A stretch of 64,000 bases of DNA from the human T2T-CHM13v2.0 reference genome, Homo sapiens, in NCBI RefSeq assembly GCF_009914755.1, contig NC_060930.1; one strand, written 5' to 3'. The translations under genes and the position numbers were made by a program. Below the pieces are notes generated by a model. The model was not told the origin of the DNA, searched no databases, and saw only the letters and a program-made list of their open reading frames with translations. Numbering within the stretch: the stretch's first letter is position 1; each line of letters begins with the position of its first letter. Positions 44,376 through 59,000 of this stretch are shown in pieces.

Positions 44376-47300
44376 GGTGGGAATACAAGTACCTGAAATG
44401 TTTTCAAAATTGAAACCAGAAACTGTAGTGTGATATAATTTGACAATTAGAGCATTTTTTATGTTAATACTCACAAATAGTCTAAATAGAATGGTTCCCA
44501 TAGATAGGAAAGAGAGAGAAAAAGAAAAGGTTATAGATGGGGTGGCTGTGGCAGCAGGCTAGAGGGAGTTGTGGGAGCAGAGAAAGGAACGCAGTGGAGA
44601 GGCTGGGGTTCCAAGCAAATGCCACCTGCTTCACAGGGGGGCAGTCTTGCAAGGCAGGTGCAAAATGACATTTGGATCCTCCTTGTTTTTCTGATCATAG
44701 GACATTCTGCCATCACACACACACACGATATCCCCATTTCTTGCAGTCTGAGGGTGTCAACATATAACTCCCCTTTTCCTTACCTGCATTGCAGAACCAC
44801 TTGAAAAATATAACAATGAAACAGATTGAGGTCGAAATATTGCCTTCATTATTCATAAGGCAGGTGGAGCATGTGACTCAGTGTGAGGGCAGGTGGGCTT
44901 ACTAGGTCACTGGCTGGGGAGAGAATCACAAGCCTCCCCCAACAGCTTCATGTATTGCTTAGAGCAGAAAAAAAATCACATGTTCAGTAGAGACAAGAAG
45001 CCCATGAGAAAGACTGAGCACATGGTGCACACATGTGAAATGTTCAGCCGCGTCTCACTTGGCTTGGCTCTGACAACATGTCAGCAATAAAGTAATTATT
45101 TTAAAGATAACTGCTTAGTTCATTGTTGTTCCCTGGAATTTTTCCATTTCCTATTGGGCTAATGTTGGACTTCATTTTGAATCCTGGGACCTACTTCATA
45201 TCCTGTTAGGGCTACAGTGGATTTTGGCAATGATTGAATTCAATTTTTATTTTACGGGTCAACAACCTGCATCAGAAAGTAGTGAAATGAATTACTCAGG
45301 GTCACACCTGGTGAATACCAGAATTTGAATTATAACTCAGGGCTTGGGACTTTTGTAGCCTCCGTCCATTGCCTCTGTGTCATTACAATGACTGATTTCT
45401 CCCTCTCTGCATTGTAAGTAGCACCATAAAGAAGCCATACTTACCAGCAACAAACTAAATGCTTTGTGTCCAAACCTCACTATAGCTGCTGAAGGTCAAC
45501 AGCATATGACCTAAAGTCTTAGGAAATAGCATTTAATACCCAAAGAAACGTCTCCCACAGAGAGGTGCTCACTGATCTAAAACTTCTAAAAAATGGCAAA
45601 GAGTCTACCAATTACCATATGATGAGAAGTATATCCTGCTAAATATAGGAACAGAACTGTCTTCAAAAGCAGGTGATTCTAATACTCATTTAGTGGGTTT
45701 CTCTCTGCTGCACAATTTTGCTTCTCTAAAGTCATTCTAACCCTACAGGTTATTTGAGAACTTAATTTTTACATCCTTTCTTAGAACTTTATCTTCTGTA
45801 ATAACGGTCATTCATTTAAGTGCTAGAAAATCAAGATGATATACCCTTCTCTCTTGAAAGAACAAAAATGTCAAAATTACTATGAAAGAAGTTAAAATAA
45901 AATTCTCACTTGGTTGTGTACCAATTGAGAGGGGCAGTAAAAGAATGCGTTGCTTATGGAGAATTTAAACGTTAGAAGAATCTGCTTATGCTTATTACCA
46001 TAACCTGTAATCCTAAACAATGTCGGTGATAAGCCCCCTTGCCACCATGGCACCATGCGCGTTTTTGTACTCCACTTCCTGGACTGATTGGCAGGTTTTT
46101 ACATCCAAAGAACCACTGTTAGCAGAATCGAATAGTCAGTAGTTATTTGCAAACCCAGGCTTGAGAACATAGTTGAACAGCATCAGTTAACTGCCCTTTC
46201 TAGAGATCTGGAGATCAATATGGATGCTTTGAGCAAAATGCCTCCTTTCTTAGATCCCATGATGTAAAACTATGGAAGTCAGGAGCTATTGAGAACTGTC
46301 TTTCTCATCATGCAAGAAGGACCTGCCTGGAGACAAAGCTATCACAGAGGTTAAGCAGAGCCAAGACATGATCGGCAGATGCCTGGGGATGTATATAAAG
46401 CTGAAGATGAGACCATTTCCGATATTGAGGCAAAAAAACCTTACCTTTTATAATTTAAGCTTTTTGAATTCTGTAATTTATAACTAAATATCTAATAAGC
46501 CATCAAATATGCATATTTCCTATTCCCCATTATATTATAAAACACCAGTCTCCTCCATACTTCTAGCCTTTGATTTTCGTTCAAAATGTGCTTGTTCTAT
46601 GAAGTCTCCCATGTCTTCTAGTAGACTTAATTGACCAAATTCTGAGCTTCCACTGAACCCTATGTGTGCTTTCTCACCATATCACAACCTGCTTTCTATC
46701 ATCATGTCCTATCTAAACTGCCCTGGAAGATAATCAATATTAAGTGTTAAAATGTCTATAAAATACATTGACAACTAAGCAAATATTCATTGGCCACACA
46801 ATGCTGTGTAAACACAGCAGATATTTTAACCCTTATCTAACACATGAGCAACATCAACTTTTCCTTGAAACTATTTCCTCCCTTGGCCTTCATGACACTT
46901 TTTGTTCTCAAACTAAAATCTGGTCAATCTTTTTTTCTTTCAAAAATCCTTTTGTTGCTCCTCCAGGATGCAGTGAAAGCCTCCTTCCTCACTGGTGCCA
47001 TGATGTGCAGCCATGGCGGATCATGCCTGTGGTTCTGGTCTCCACCTTCTCCACCGTAGCTGGCTGCGAGCTTCCTGCAACTTCAGGACCCTCACTGCAC
47101 CTGCTCACCACCATGGCCCCATCCCTCCACATGCTTCCTCTCATAACTACTGGGCCTCCAGTAGTTATTTGTGGAATAAATGAGTAAAAGAAGCAAAACT
47201 GCATGCCACACTTCCTTCTAGGCCCTTTCCTGCTCCTGGTGCCCTGGGACTTACCTTTTCTAATCAGCACACTCTGCTGTGGCCATGCCCACCTGCCTGC

Positions 47301-47779
47301 TTCCCTGACCTCACGGTGCTCACTCCTCCTTCCTTTGAATCCCCTCTAACCAGAAAGCTCCTGCCATTATTTTTACCTCTCTCTTTATCTCTTTTGAGAA
47401 TGGTCTTAAGTCTTTCCTGACCTCTCCCTTACTTCACCTTCTGGATTCAATCTTCTTCTTTTCTCCAAAAGTACCTCCTAGAACCCTTTGTCCTAGTAGT
47501 GACCGTACTGTATTGTGATCATCTGAGCGCTAGCCTGCCTCTCCTAGTAGACTACGAGAACTCCTAAGGGAGGAAAGCTGACATTACCCACTGCTGTCTC
47601 CAACACATTAAGACACCTTTCAATGCCAAGCTCTAGGTTTTAAGAAGAAATAGCTTATTGACAGCAAAAGACTGGGATTCTATGTTTCTATAAGGACAAT
47701 ATAAATTATTTCTCTTCCTTATTATACTTTTAATACCTTGGCATTGGCATCATTCCATAAAAAAGTCTTATATATAGTA

Positions 47780-48109
47780 GAGGTTGAGCATCACTAATCT
47801 GAAAATGCAAAATCCAAAATGCTCCAAAATACAAACATTTTGAGCATGGACATGAGATAGTGATACCATTGCTATCTGACGGTTCAGTGTACACAAACTG
47901 TTTCATGCACAAAATTATGTAATGTATAAAATTACCTTCAGGCTACGTATATAGGGAGTATATGAGACATACATGAATTTCATGTTCAAACTTGAGTCTC
48001 ATCCCTAAGATATCTCATTATGTGTATGCAAATATTCCCAAATGTGGAAAAAATCTGAAATCTGAAACACTCTGGTCCCAAGCATTTTGAATAAGGAATA
48101 CTCAGCCTG
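47780..48109. mobile_element. Tigger4/MER46 (Zombi) MITE
   Basis: TIRs (g)aggttgagcatc ... aatactcagcctg; preceded by TA. Confidence 0.85.
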
Positions 48110-48287
48110 CAATTGTATCATAACATTATTATTGAATACATCTTTTTACATTGTGGTTCAAGCTGCATCGCTGAAAAGGAAAAAGAAAGAAAAAAATATT
48201 GCTACAAAGTAGGTCATTTATCTATAAAATAGATGTGAGTTGCATAACCATGAATCGTAATTTAAACTTTCTTCATGTTTGACCATA

Positions 48288-48781
48288 TGTCACCATGGTA
48301 GGTTGTTTGCAAAATGTCTGCTCTAATTACCTCCCTGTCTCCCTGCACTTCCATAGTCCTCCCACCCCCGCACCGCATCGGGGCTTGCTCACATGACTGG
48401 TGTTGAACAACGAACTAGAGCAAACGTGGCAAACTCAGAGGCTGGAAAGTGCTCGTGCAATAGGTCCTGCCTTCTCATGCTGCCGAGGATCATGCTGTCC
48501 TCATATAAGAACCCTGCAATAGCTTGTTGAAAAAGATAGGACACTTCAGGGAGTAGAAGTGAGCCAATCAGCTAAGAGCCCCCATCATACCCCTTAGACC
48601 AGCCAGCCCCCAGGCACGAGACATGAGTGAAGACTTCCTGGTTCACTGATCCTGGCTGGATCTGCTCAGATCAGAATAACTTCCTGGCTTATTCATACAG
48701 TCAGGAGAAATAATCAATATTTATTATTTCTAACTGCTGAGTTTGAGGATGGTTTGTTGTGTAGCAAACATTAAGTGATAG
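48288..48781 (+). mobile_element. MLT1F/G-like MaLR LTR
   Basis: ttgcaaaatg...ctc...; 3' end ctgagtttgaggatggtttgttgtgtagcaa...gata. Confidence 0.7.
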
Positions 48782-50001
48782 AGTTGCAGAACTTGAATAA
48801 TTGTGCTATTCCCATAAAATATAAAATCATACCAGAAAATTAGTTGAAGTAACTGAACTAAATATGTATTTTTATTTCAAAACTAAGTAGTCTTAGACTT
48901 GAAATCTATGTCTGATACTTAAAATTGATTTATTAACTCAACAAAAATTATTGCATGCCTACTTCATATGCCCAGTACATATTTGTATTTTTCATCTGTT
49001 AAAAAAATTCAAATGAATACACATAATTATTAGAGTCTTATCTTTCAGTTCAAGATTCATCCTGTGCTCAGAATGAGCCTTAAATGTAGAGCATAAAGAA
49101 GAGGTTCCGGTAAGGAAGACATGGTATTTACAGAGACTACAGTAAAATTTCTAGACAAGCTCAGAAAGAAAAGCAAAGAAAGAAAAAAAAATTTGCCTCA
49201 GTCTCAAAAGAAAATAGAAAATAAATATTTTTTCCCACTAGCAACTTCAGAAACAAATGAAAGAATGAGCGGCATATTGTAAGAGAATGGAATGTAAGTG
49301 ACAGCTCTTTCATTGCAGTCAACAGGAGCTGCCTGTTGATGTGAAGTCTGAAGGAAAGAGGAAGACCTCCAGGAAGGCACTCGGGCTCATTCCCTGTCAA
49401 GCCGCTCCTGGATAAAGTCAGGGCATATATACTGCAAAACAGTTTGGAAAATTATTCTCAATTATCCTTTCATTCTCTAGGTCCCTCCAAAAGGAAGGTG
49501 CTCCTTCCTGTCTTCAAAGATATCATTGAGTTAGCATTGAGCTAGGATTGTGCACGGATTAATTATGAGCAGAAATCCATGCTTGGGACTCATAAAATGC
49601 AGGAAATGACTTGCTTTATAACAGGGAAAGAAAGAGCAATAAACTGACAGGAAGAGGGAGCCATAAAAGTCATCAAAGGGCAGCAGCAGCGCGCCAGTGT
49701 CTGTAATTGAGGAGGATCTTTCCCAGGGAACATGTGTTGCAAGGAAAGGGTGAGCTGGAGCCACACAGGCTGTGGTTTAAATGAAAATACTTATTAGACA
49801 ATCGAGTCAATGAAACGGTCTTGACATGCCATGGAGTGCTTTGCTCTGGGCCTCTCCTTCAGGCAGAAGTTCACATTAGCCTTATGGTCACTAGAGCATG
49901 ACTTCCATGGAGTGAAAACACGCCGGAACAAGTCAGATTCCTACATATTCTGTGTGTGTGAACCTGCACATGCTCATGAAGCTATGCCCGTAAAGATATA
50001 A

Positions 50002-50357
<356 letters not shown>

Positions 50358-50549
50358 ACACACATATATATGATGCATAGCATGTAATATAAATGGATTG
50401 AGAGATTGAGAGTTTACCTCTTTAGAGAGCTTCTGGTCAAGTTTGTGAAGCCTCGATATGGTTCAGAATAGTTTCCCTTCCACCAGAGTTTATTATTTTA
50501 TTTCATATTATTTCAGAGTTATTAGTTCATTAGGGAGACTAAAAATGTC

Positions 50550-51250
50550 TAATTTACTAAACAAGGTATTTGTTAAATACTCCTAAGTGGCAAGCACTGT
50601 GCTATGTACAAAGCATACAATGATGACAGGAGACAGATGAGGTCTCTGATCTTATGCAGCCCACTGTCTAGGGGGAAGTAGATAATTATTAATCACATAA
50701 ATAAGAGCTCAATTGCCTCAGTCATCAGTGCACAAATCAGAAAGGTGTCATAAACACACAGAGGAGAAGTGTTTAACCTATTCAGGGAGATCAGCAAAGA
50801 CCTCCTCAAAGAAATTAAGAAATTACCTTGGAGGTGCAATCTGTACCATGAGAATAAATTTCCTAAGAGAAACAGGGTTTGGGTGGGAGGAAAAGGGGTA
50901 ACAGTTGGGGGACTGCATGTTTAGGAGCCTAGTGAGGGACAAGGTGGAGTTTTGGGGTAGTGAAAGGTCAACGCAGAGCACAACACAGAGAATAATGTGA
51001 GATGGGACCATGGAGGTGGGGAGAGGACAGGCTAGCCAAGGCTTAGTAAAGCCATGGTACAGATTCTGGATGGCAGCCAATGAAGACTTCATAAAAAGTG
51101 AACAGACTTGATGTTTGAAAAGAACGCTGGCTGCGATGCAGGGGACAAATTGGATAGGATTCAAAACCAGTTGCAGGAGAACAAGTAGAGGGTGCCATAG
51201 GAATCAGAGGGTGAGGGACAAACATAGCTTGTCCTAGCAAAGAGGTGAAG
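50550..51250 (-). mobile_element. L2 3' fragment
   Basis: aacaaggtatttgttaaatactcc...gcaagcactgtgcta...gtctagggggaag. Confidence 0.7.
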
Positions 51251-51252
51251 AA

Positions 51253-51744
51253 TGTGGGGGTTCAGTCAGGCTGGTGGGAAAAATTTTAGTTTTAATAGCC
51301 ACAAACCCTCTTGGAAGGCCTGAGAGTTTGCATAACTTCGGTAATAAATCAGGCTGAAGGCAGCCTAGTACCCTTACTTTAGTTAAATAAATTAGAGTAG
51401 AAACAAAGGAATGTGGGGAGTTTCTCTAACTAACTTGTTTACTCATGTGGTCTTAAGATTAACCTTTGTTCTACTGTGGGTGCTTAAATGCATTCTACTC
51501 AGGAAGTCCACAATGTCAGTTACCCTCTAGTGGTGTTGACTCAAGCCTTTGTCAATTAATTTTTACTGAATAAATGCAAGTCTTGCTGGCTGGTCATGGC
51601 CATGGTCACAACTGTTTACAGGACTCTGCGTGGAGTCTGTAAGTGGCCCGGATGTTCAGCTGGACTGGCAAAGCAGAATATCTATGTGTCAGTGTATTTT
51701 ATTCATTCATTGTTGGGTCAGGGTCTGCGGGTCAGACCCCCACA
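51253..51744 (+). mobile_element. LTR22-type solo LTR (HERV-K HML-5)
   Basis: TGTGGGGGTTCAGTCAGGCTGGTGGG...GACCCCCACA with terminal inverted repeat; TSD aagaa at 51248-51252 and 51745-51749. Confidence 0.85.
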
Positions 51745-53174
51745 AAGAAAATGGAAAGAAGAAGGCCTATTTTAATAAATTTAGAATTTACTTAAAGATA
51801 AACAGTTTCTTCCTCATTTTATTTCTCTCAAACACCAAGGCTTCAGAATATGCCTTTCTTTATTGATAAGATTTATGTAACTGTCCTTGACGGTGCAAAT
51901 TCAGAGGACCTACCTAGTGTCAAACTATCTGTTATATCACCATTTTCCAAACTACATTCCACTCAGCAATTGTATATCACAAAATATATGCACCATAAAA
52001 ACAGTCCAGGTGATACAACCTTTGGGAAACTGCACAGTAAATCCCTCTTTGTATACAGACAGCTTCAAGGTAGCCTTCAGTAAAGCAAAATGCATTTGAT
52101 CCGAAACTAGTTGTCTTCTGCTTGGTTGGTTTGTTTTGGAAACCTTCATTAACCTTCTTGAAAACCCATGAATACAGTTTTGAAAATAGCACCATAATAA
52201 TTTATCTCAAGTTCAATGAGATGGTGATTTAAAGTCTTAATTTCTACCCACTCTTTTTTAAATCTTCTTCAATAACACAAAAGGCTTACAAATGACTCTC
52301 AAAACTGTGAGAACTAGGGATTCACAACTTTTGTGGAGGGTGAATTGATGATAGCTAGCTTCGTGGTTTCACATTCTTTCTCCAAATACAACACTGAAAT
52401 TCCTCTTTCTGAGGAAAAAAAATATACACCTTACCCTTTCAGTGACTACGTCTCACCTGTAACACTTGCTGTCTCAGTGAGCCCAGTACTTGTTAAGCTA
52501 TTGGCTGTGAGCTTGTCTGTTTTACAATGAATTTTCCACTAACAATATCACTCATAAACTCACTCCTTTAATTTCACTCCAACATCTCTAACTTCATAAA
52601 ATGAATGAAAAACTTACTGAGGGGAAATAAGAAAATTTCAAGCTACAGGGAAAAAAATGCAACATTAAAATTTTTTTTCTCATCTTCTAAAGTGAAAAAT
52701 TTTTTAAAGACAAAATACCTATTTTTAAGCATGTTAAAGCTATTTACCCCAGGCAGCACAAAGATATTTCCAGACATCATTTCTTTAATTTTCACAGGCC
52801 TTAACTGAAAGAAAAAAAGATTATTTTTCCCCAAGTGGGGAGATACATGAATACATGACTCTTTTTTAAAAAAGCAGTTTATAGAAAATGTTTACAAAAA
52901 GTACTATTCTTTTCTCCAAGCAGCATTGTCTATTGACAATATTCCTTTGCAAATGGACTTATTTTCTTTATTCCATTTCAGAAAGCACAGACATATCAAA
53001 GGAGCTAAACACATACATCGCTTTGTTAGAACTGTCTCTCATTTTCTGCTTCTCAATGTTGGCTCCCATTTCCTGGTGCTGAGCAGTCTTTCAAGGAACA
53101 CTTAGTGGGGAAGCAGTAATGGCAGGGACAACAAGAACCAGCACAGACTGAATTTCTTCTACAGTGCAGGCTTC

Positions 53175-53325
53175 ACACACACATCATCTCATTTCATCTT
53201 CACTGTTAAGATTTAGAGTAGGTAATTTTTAACTATTCCCATTTCACAGATATGGAAACTTAGACTAACACAAAATCCAATGTAACTCCTACATCATATG
53301 GCCAAGATTCTGACCCAGATCTGCC
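53175..53325 (+). mobile_element. MIR fragment
   Basis: catcatctcatttcatcttcac...ctattcccatttcacagatatggaaact. Confidence 0.75.
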
Positions 53326-53422
53326 CACCTCATTCCTTGCTTGCCCAGCTTGTCCTTCCTTAACCTGCCAGTGCTGATAAAGACCCAATAGTGTATGAAT
53401 TTATGCTTTTGTGTTTTTGTTT

Positions 53423-53472
53423 TTATTATTATTATTATTACTATTATTATTATTATTATTATTATTGTTATT
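53423..53472. repeat. (ATT)n microsatellite
   Basis: Direct reading. Confidence 0.95.
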
Positions 53473-53737
53473 GGCCTGTGATCACATCATCAAACTCGGA
53501 AAATGATTTTATTACTTTTCTGTTATTTAAAATATATTTAACATTGTTTTAATTTCAAATGTATTCAGCATCTGATTCCTGCCCTTTTTAACCACTGCTT
53601 TGCTGAGCCATTAAACATTTTTCCAAATAGAATAAATTTCAAATACTACTCCATTGTCTTCTCTTTCTCTAAGAAGATATTTAATGAGTTTTTTTTTTTA
53701 AATAAAAAGCTTTACAGAGAATCAAGTAATTACAACA

Positions 53738-54611
53738 AAGTAGCAAGAGGAGACAGACAAATTTCTAAGCAGACAGAGACAGGTCCCCAGTGAAACCTCA
53801 CCTTCAAGCCAAAGACAGTTTAAACCCTGAAAATTGAGCTGCCAGTTCTGAATAGAGTCCATGACCAGAGTGAAAACTTCTATTCCTGTTTGCCCACTCT
53901 TTACTGATTGGTTCTTTCTGAATAATGCTTTTTAACCGATCGAATATTCCCTTTTCCAAGGCTACCTATAGCCTACACCTCCTCATTCCAAACATATAAA
54001 AACCCTGCAATCAGCCTCACAGACGGCTACCCACTTTTGGTCCCCTTTTGCAGTTGAGAGCTTTTCCTCTTTGACTCAATAAACTTCTATTCTGCCTTAC
54101 TTGCTCTCCATTGTCCACATACCTCATTCCTCTTAGTCATGGGACAAGAACTGGACTGTGGGAACAAGAGAGCTGTAACACATCCCTGTTCACCAAGCTG
54201 TGAGTGGCAGAAATAAAAGAGCTCGTAACATGCTCCCACTTGCAGAGCTACAGGAGTGAAGAGCCGTGACACTTCTGAGGGCCCAGATAATGGGACTCCC
54301 CAAGCAAAAGCTATAACACTCCTTGGGGTGCTGCAATTGCTGACATTTCTGAGTTTTTGGATGCCACCACGTTCTCCTCTTCTACATGCTGGCACCCAAT
54401 GTGGAAGCCACTCGCAGCATGCCTGGCTCAGCCACGGGCTAAGTGTGGAGCTGTGGTGGGCACAGGATCCAAGTGGGTGTGAGCTGAGCACAGCCTGCTG
54501 GGCCAAGCGGGCAGAGTGAGCCCAGTGGGTCCAAGAGAAGCCCTGGACAGAGGTCACAGTGGCCACAGGGATTTTTGCCTGACAAAGTGGCACTGAAGGA
54601 ATCCTGTGTCA
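53738..54611 (+). promoter_or_regulatory. 5' LTR
   Basis: Aligns with 60181-61061; tataaaaa near 53995; AATAAA at 54078; ends cctgtgtca. Confidence 0.88.
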
Positions 54612-54615
54612 TTTC

Positions 54616-54633
54616 TGGGATCTTGTCCGGGAT
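54616..54633 (+). promoter_or_regulatory. Primer binding site, tRNA-Pro
   Basis: TGGGATCTTGTCCGGGAT, 15/18 to TGGGGGCTCGTCCGGGAT. Confidence 0.85.
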
Positions 54634-55307
54634 CTGCAGAAGGGTAAGTTCAAACCTATGACTCTTTACTGTCATTCTGAGGCTTCTTGTCTTCAGATTT
54701 TTTTTTTCCAAAAGCAGATGAAACACCAGGCCTCTGTTCCCCAGTTAAGAGTGAGTAGTGTGGCTTCCAGGTTTACAAGACTCAGAGGAGAGGTTTGCTG
54801 GGGAGGACTTTGTCAATCCCCCATCACCCTTGGGTGTTGGGAATGTTGGCTTTGTTTCAATTCAGTTTCCATTCATGGAGGTCTAGCTGTCACATGGGAT
54901 CAGAATAAGGTCCTAGGACAACTGAAGGTATCTGGCCAAGGCCACACCTTGGTGCTATCCAAAGGCTCTCAGACCAGCTCCAGTCCCCAACAACCTGTTA
55001 TGGTATTGGCACCAAGACTGATGATCTTCATATTGCATTTTCTTTCTTTTGAGAATGCCATGGCTGCTACCCCTCTTTACATACAATGTAAGAGTGTTGC
55101 TGCAAACCACAGAGATAATATTACTGAAGAGAGTAAGCACTTGGCTTAGTCATCTGAAGTGTAATTCAGAGCAGTATTGTTTCTGTCTATTCTTAGAAAC
55201 AAAAAGATGTAACATTTAAGAGAGTTTTATTTCCCCCTGTTGAAGAAATCCATTAGCATAGGGTAAGAGGCTACTTCTACCAGGCACTTTCACTCCTCAG
55301 CATTTAA

Positions 55308-55352
55308 GTTGTTGTTGTTGTTGCTGTTGTTGCTGTTGCTGTTGTTGTTGTT
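55308..55352. repeat. (GTT)n/(GCTGTT)n microsatellite in the proviral leader
   Basis: Direct reading. Confidence 0.9.
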
Positions 55353-55719
55353 TCCACCATGTCAGGAGTCAACATAGTTCTGCGAATACAGGAAGTTTTC
55401 TATAAGAGGGATTTTTTTTTTCCTTTTGGCAGGGCATCTCATTAGGCCACGTCCCCAACTCCCATGACTCCCTTTATCTCCTTTGCTTCAGGAGGATTTG
55501 GTTTCACAGCTTCATTACTCCAGTGGTTTTTCCAAGCTTTGGTTTGGAGCCCTAAAAGCAAAACTAGATCTGAGGGACCCAGAGACAGTTACAGAAAAAA
55601 GCCAGGGCACAGCATAGGTGAGGGTGACTGTCCCTGCCAACTAGGCCTTCGCCCTTCATAGGTGGAGGACTCACTCACATCCATGGCATAGATGAAGTCT
55701 AAGGAACCCAAAGGTCATG

Positions 55720-56061
55720 GGACCAGAGAGTACTTTAGAGAACCTCCTGAAAACGGCCACCCCATTCTTTTAAAATAGGGATTGGGAGGAGGCCCAAGAC
55801 AGGAAAAGAAGATATAAGAAAAAGGCAGAGGCTCTAATGGCCACCTGGCAGGCTTACAAACCCCAGAATCTCCGAGATGTACCTGTTAACTGCTGTACAT
55901 GTGGCAAGCTAAGACACTTTAGGAAGGACTGCCCAGGCAGCATGATGAAGCCACATCAACCCTGCCCAATCTGCAATGGGGATCACTGGAGGGTTGACTG
56001 TCCTCACAGACAGACGTCACTAGGTGCAGAGCCAGTGTCCCAAATGGTCCAACAGGACTGA
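55720..56061 (+). pseudogene. gag: gag 3' relic (end of CA and NC with two knuckles)
   Basis: CCTCGKLRHFRKDC...CPICNGDHWRVDC...QMVQQD*, the ERV9/HERV-W-type arrangement. Confidence 0.9.
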
Positions 56062-59000
56062 TGGGTTCCAGGACTCCTCTCTCTGGCTCTGATGGTTCAG
56101 ACCACCATTACCATCCAGGATCCCAGAGTGATTCTGGAGGTCAAAGGGAGGAAGGTAGACCTCCTCCTGGATACCAGAGTGGCCATTTCAGTTCTCTCCC
56201 ATCCGGCCCTCCCCTCCTCCCTTAGCACAATTGTGAGGGGCATCTCAGGAAAGCCTTTAACCTGATATTTTTTCCAACCCCTTAGTTGTAGTTGGGGAGA
56301 CCTCTTGTTTACTCATGGTTTTAAGTCATGCCTGAAAGCCCAACTCCTCTGCTAAGCAGGGATATTTTAGCTCATGTGGGAACCACCATTCTTATGGCTT
56401 CAGGACAGACTCTTTGCCTCCCCCTGGTGGAGACCAATATTAATCCAGATGTTTGGGCAATTCAAGGGAAATTTGGCCAAGCCACAAGCGCCATACCAGT
56501 CTGGATCGACCTTCTGGATCGACCTTCAGGATCCCACCTCCCTTCCTAACCAGAGATGATATCCCCTAAAACTAGAAACTAGGAAAGAGCTAGAAGCCAT
56601 CATTGATAACTTGAGGACGCAGGGCCTCCTCAAACCTTGCAACAGTACTTGTAATACCCCAATATTGGTGGTACAGAACCCAATGGGAAATGGAGACTGG
56701 TCCAGGACCTCTGCCTCATTAAGGAGGCTGTGGTTTCAATTCACCTGGTGGTTCCCAGTTCTATAACTGCTAACTCAAATATCTGAGGGAACTAAGTTGT
56801 TCATAGTCGTGGAGCTAAAGGATGCCCTTTTCTGCATACTGCTACACCCCAAATCCCAGTATTTGTTCATATTTAAGAATCTCTCCAACCAGAACACCTG
56901 GCTAACCTGGACAGTGTTACCTCAGGAATTCCAAGACAGCACCAAAAAAAAGGCAGAGGTTCTAATGGCCACCTGGCAGGCTTACAAACCCCGGAATCCC
57001 CAAGATGCACCTGTTAACGCTACACATGTGGCAAGAGTTTGGGCAGGAGTTGTCAAAAGATCTCTCTGACTTCCTTTATCCTCATGTTAAAGTCTTACAA
57101 TATATAGGTGACATTACCCTTTGTGCCCCAACTGAGGAAGTGAGGAAGTCTCTCAGGAGAACAGTAAGGTTCCTCTTAATTTTTTGGCTAACAGAGGATA
57201 TAAGTTCTCAAAATCTAAGGCTCAGCTCCATCAGATTTCCGTGAAGTACCTAGGTCTAGTTTTGTCAGAAGGAACCTTTCTTAACTAGGTGAAGAAAGGA
57301 TTAAGCCCATCTCCTCCTTTCCCCTCCCCAAAACCCCTGGCATTACAGGATTCTGCAGATTATGGATACCTCAGTATGGTGAAATAACTCGTCCCTTATA
57401 TCACCTAATGAAGGATAGTCAGGCAGCTAAGACTTACTCCCTAATTCGGGAATCAGAGGCTAAAAGGGCCTTTGACCAATTGAAACAAGCCTTGCTTGAG
57501 GCACCAGCCCTTAGTCTTCCCACAGGGAAGATGTTCAATCTTTATGTATCAGAATGGAAGGGAATGGCCCTGGGAGTTATAACCCAGGCCTGAGGTCCAG
57601 CCCAGCAGCCTGTAGGCTACCTAAGCAAGGAGCTTGATTTACTGTCTAAAGTATGGCTGGCCTGTCTCTGGATAGTTGCACTGGTAGCTTTGCTGGTGCC
57701 AGAGGATACTAAGTTAACCATGAATAACTTAACTGTTTATGCCCCACATAATGTGGCAGGACTGCTGTCTTCTAAGAGGAGTCTCTGGCTAATGGACAGC
57801 CACCTCCTTAAATATCAAGTGCTGCTAGTAGAGGGATCTGAAGTCCAGTTAAGAAGCTGTTCCTCCCTAAACCTCCTAGGGAAGAAGCTGGGGATGGGGA
57901 GCTTGAACATGAATGCAAATAGAGAATAGTGCAAACTATGCAGCCAGGGAGGACCTCAAAGAAACCACCCAAGAGAAACCAGACTCGATTTTTTAAAATA
58001 AATGGTTGTTCTTTTGTAGAACAAGGTATTCATAAAACAGTGTATGTAATAGTCACCCTGAATGGCACTACTGACAGTGTGTTCTTCTCTCCTTGGGCAC
58101 AAGTGCTCAACTAGCTGAGCTAATTGCCCTCATGAAGGTGCTTGAATTAAGCAAAGGAAAAGCAGTTAACATTTATACTGACTCTAAGTATGTTTTCCTA
58201 GTCCATCATGCCTATGTCACAATCTGGAAAGAGGGAGCTAATGAGTCTCCCATTAAATACCATCAGGAAATTAACAGACTGTTATCCTTGGTTTTCCTTT
58301 CACAGGAAATGGCAGTAATACATTGTAAAGGCTATTAAAAGGAGACAGATGAAATAGCTGAGGGGAATAAGTTGGCAGACCAAGCAGCTAAATCAGCAGC
58401 AAAAGGGCCCCAGATTTCCAATCCGCTTGAGCCCCCTCTGATCTGGGAGGGCTCCATAAAAGAAATATAACCTCAATATTCTCCTGCAGAAATTAAATGG
58501 ACCACCTCTTAGGTATATGCCTTTCAGTCCTCAGGATGCCTGCAATGAGAGGATGGCCAACTTCAACTACCAGCCTCCAGCCAATGCTAAGTTCTTCAAG
58601 TCCTTCACCAAGCCTTCCACATGCGTAAGGACAAAACTATCAATTGGCCCAAAGTTTGTTCTCATGTAAAAATCTGCTAACAATGGTAAACAGGGCATTA
58701 ATACTTGTGAGACTTGATTTAAAAATAATCTCCTCAATCGATGGTTTCGGTTTATGCCCACCAGAACCCAAAGAATGGTAGGCTACCTGAAGGAAGACTG
58801 ACAGATGGATTTCACACATATCCCAAAGACAAGGGCCACCCAGTATCTCCTTGAATGGGTAGATACCTTCACTAACTGGGCAGAAGCATTTCCTTGTCAG
58901 GCAGATAAAGTCTCTGAGGTGATAAAAGTTCTAATTAGTGAGATGACCCCTCGCTTATGACTCCCTAAGTACTTCCAGAGTAGTAATGGTCCCTCATTCA

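Noticed and set aside
46768-47270. Overlapping 139-aa and 93-aa ORFs
   Set aside because: Non-ATG starts and no motifs; pyrimidine-rich, probably old repeat-derived sequence.
54087-55149. 168-aa and 163-aa ORFs
   Set aside because: Lie in LTR and leader sequence with no domain similarity; chance ORFs.
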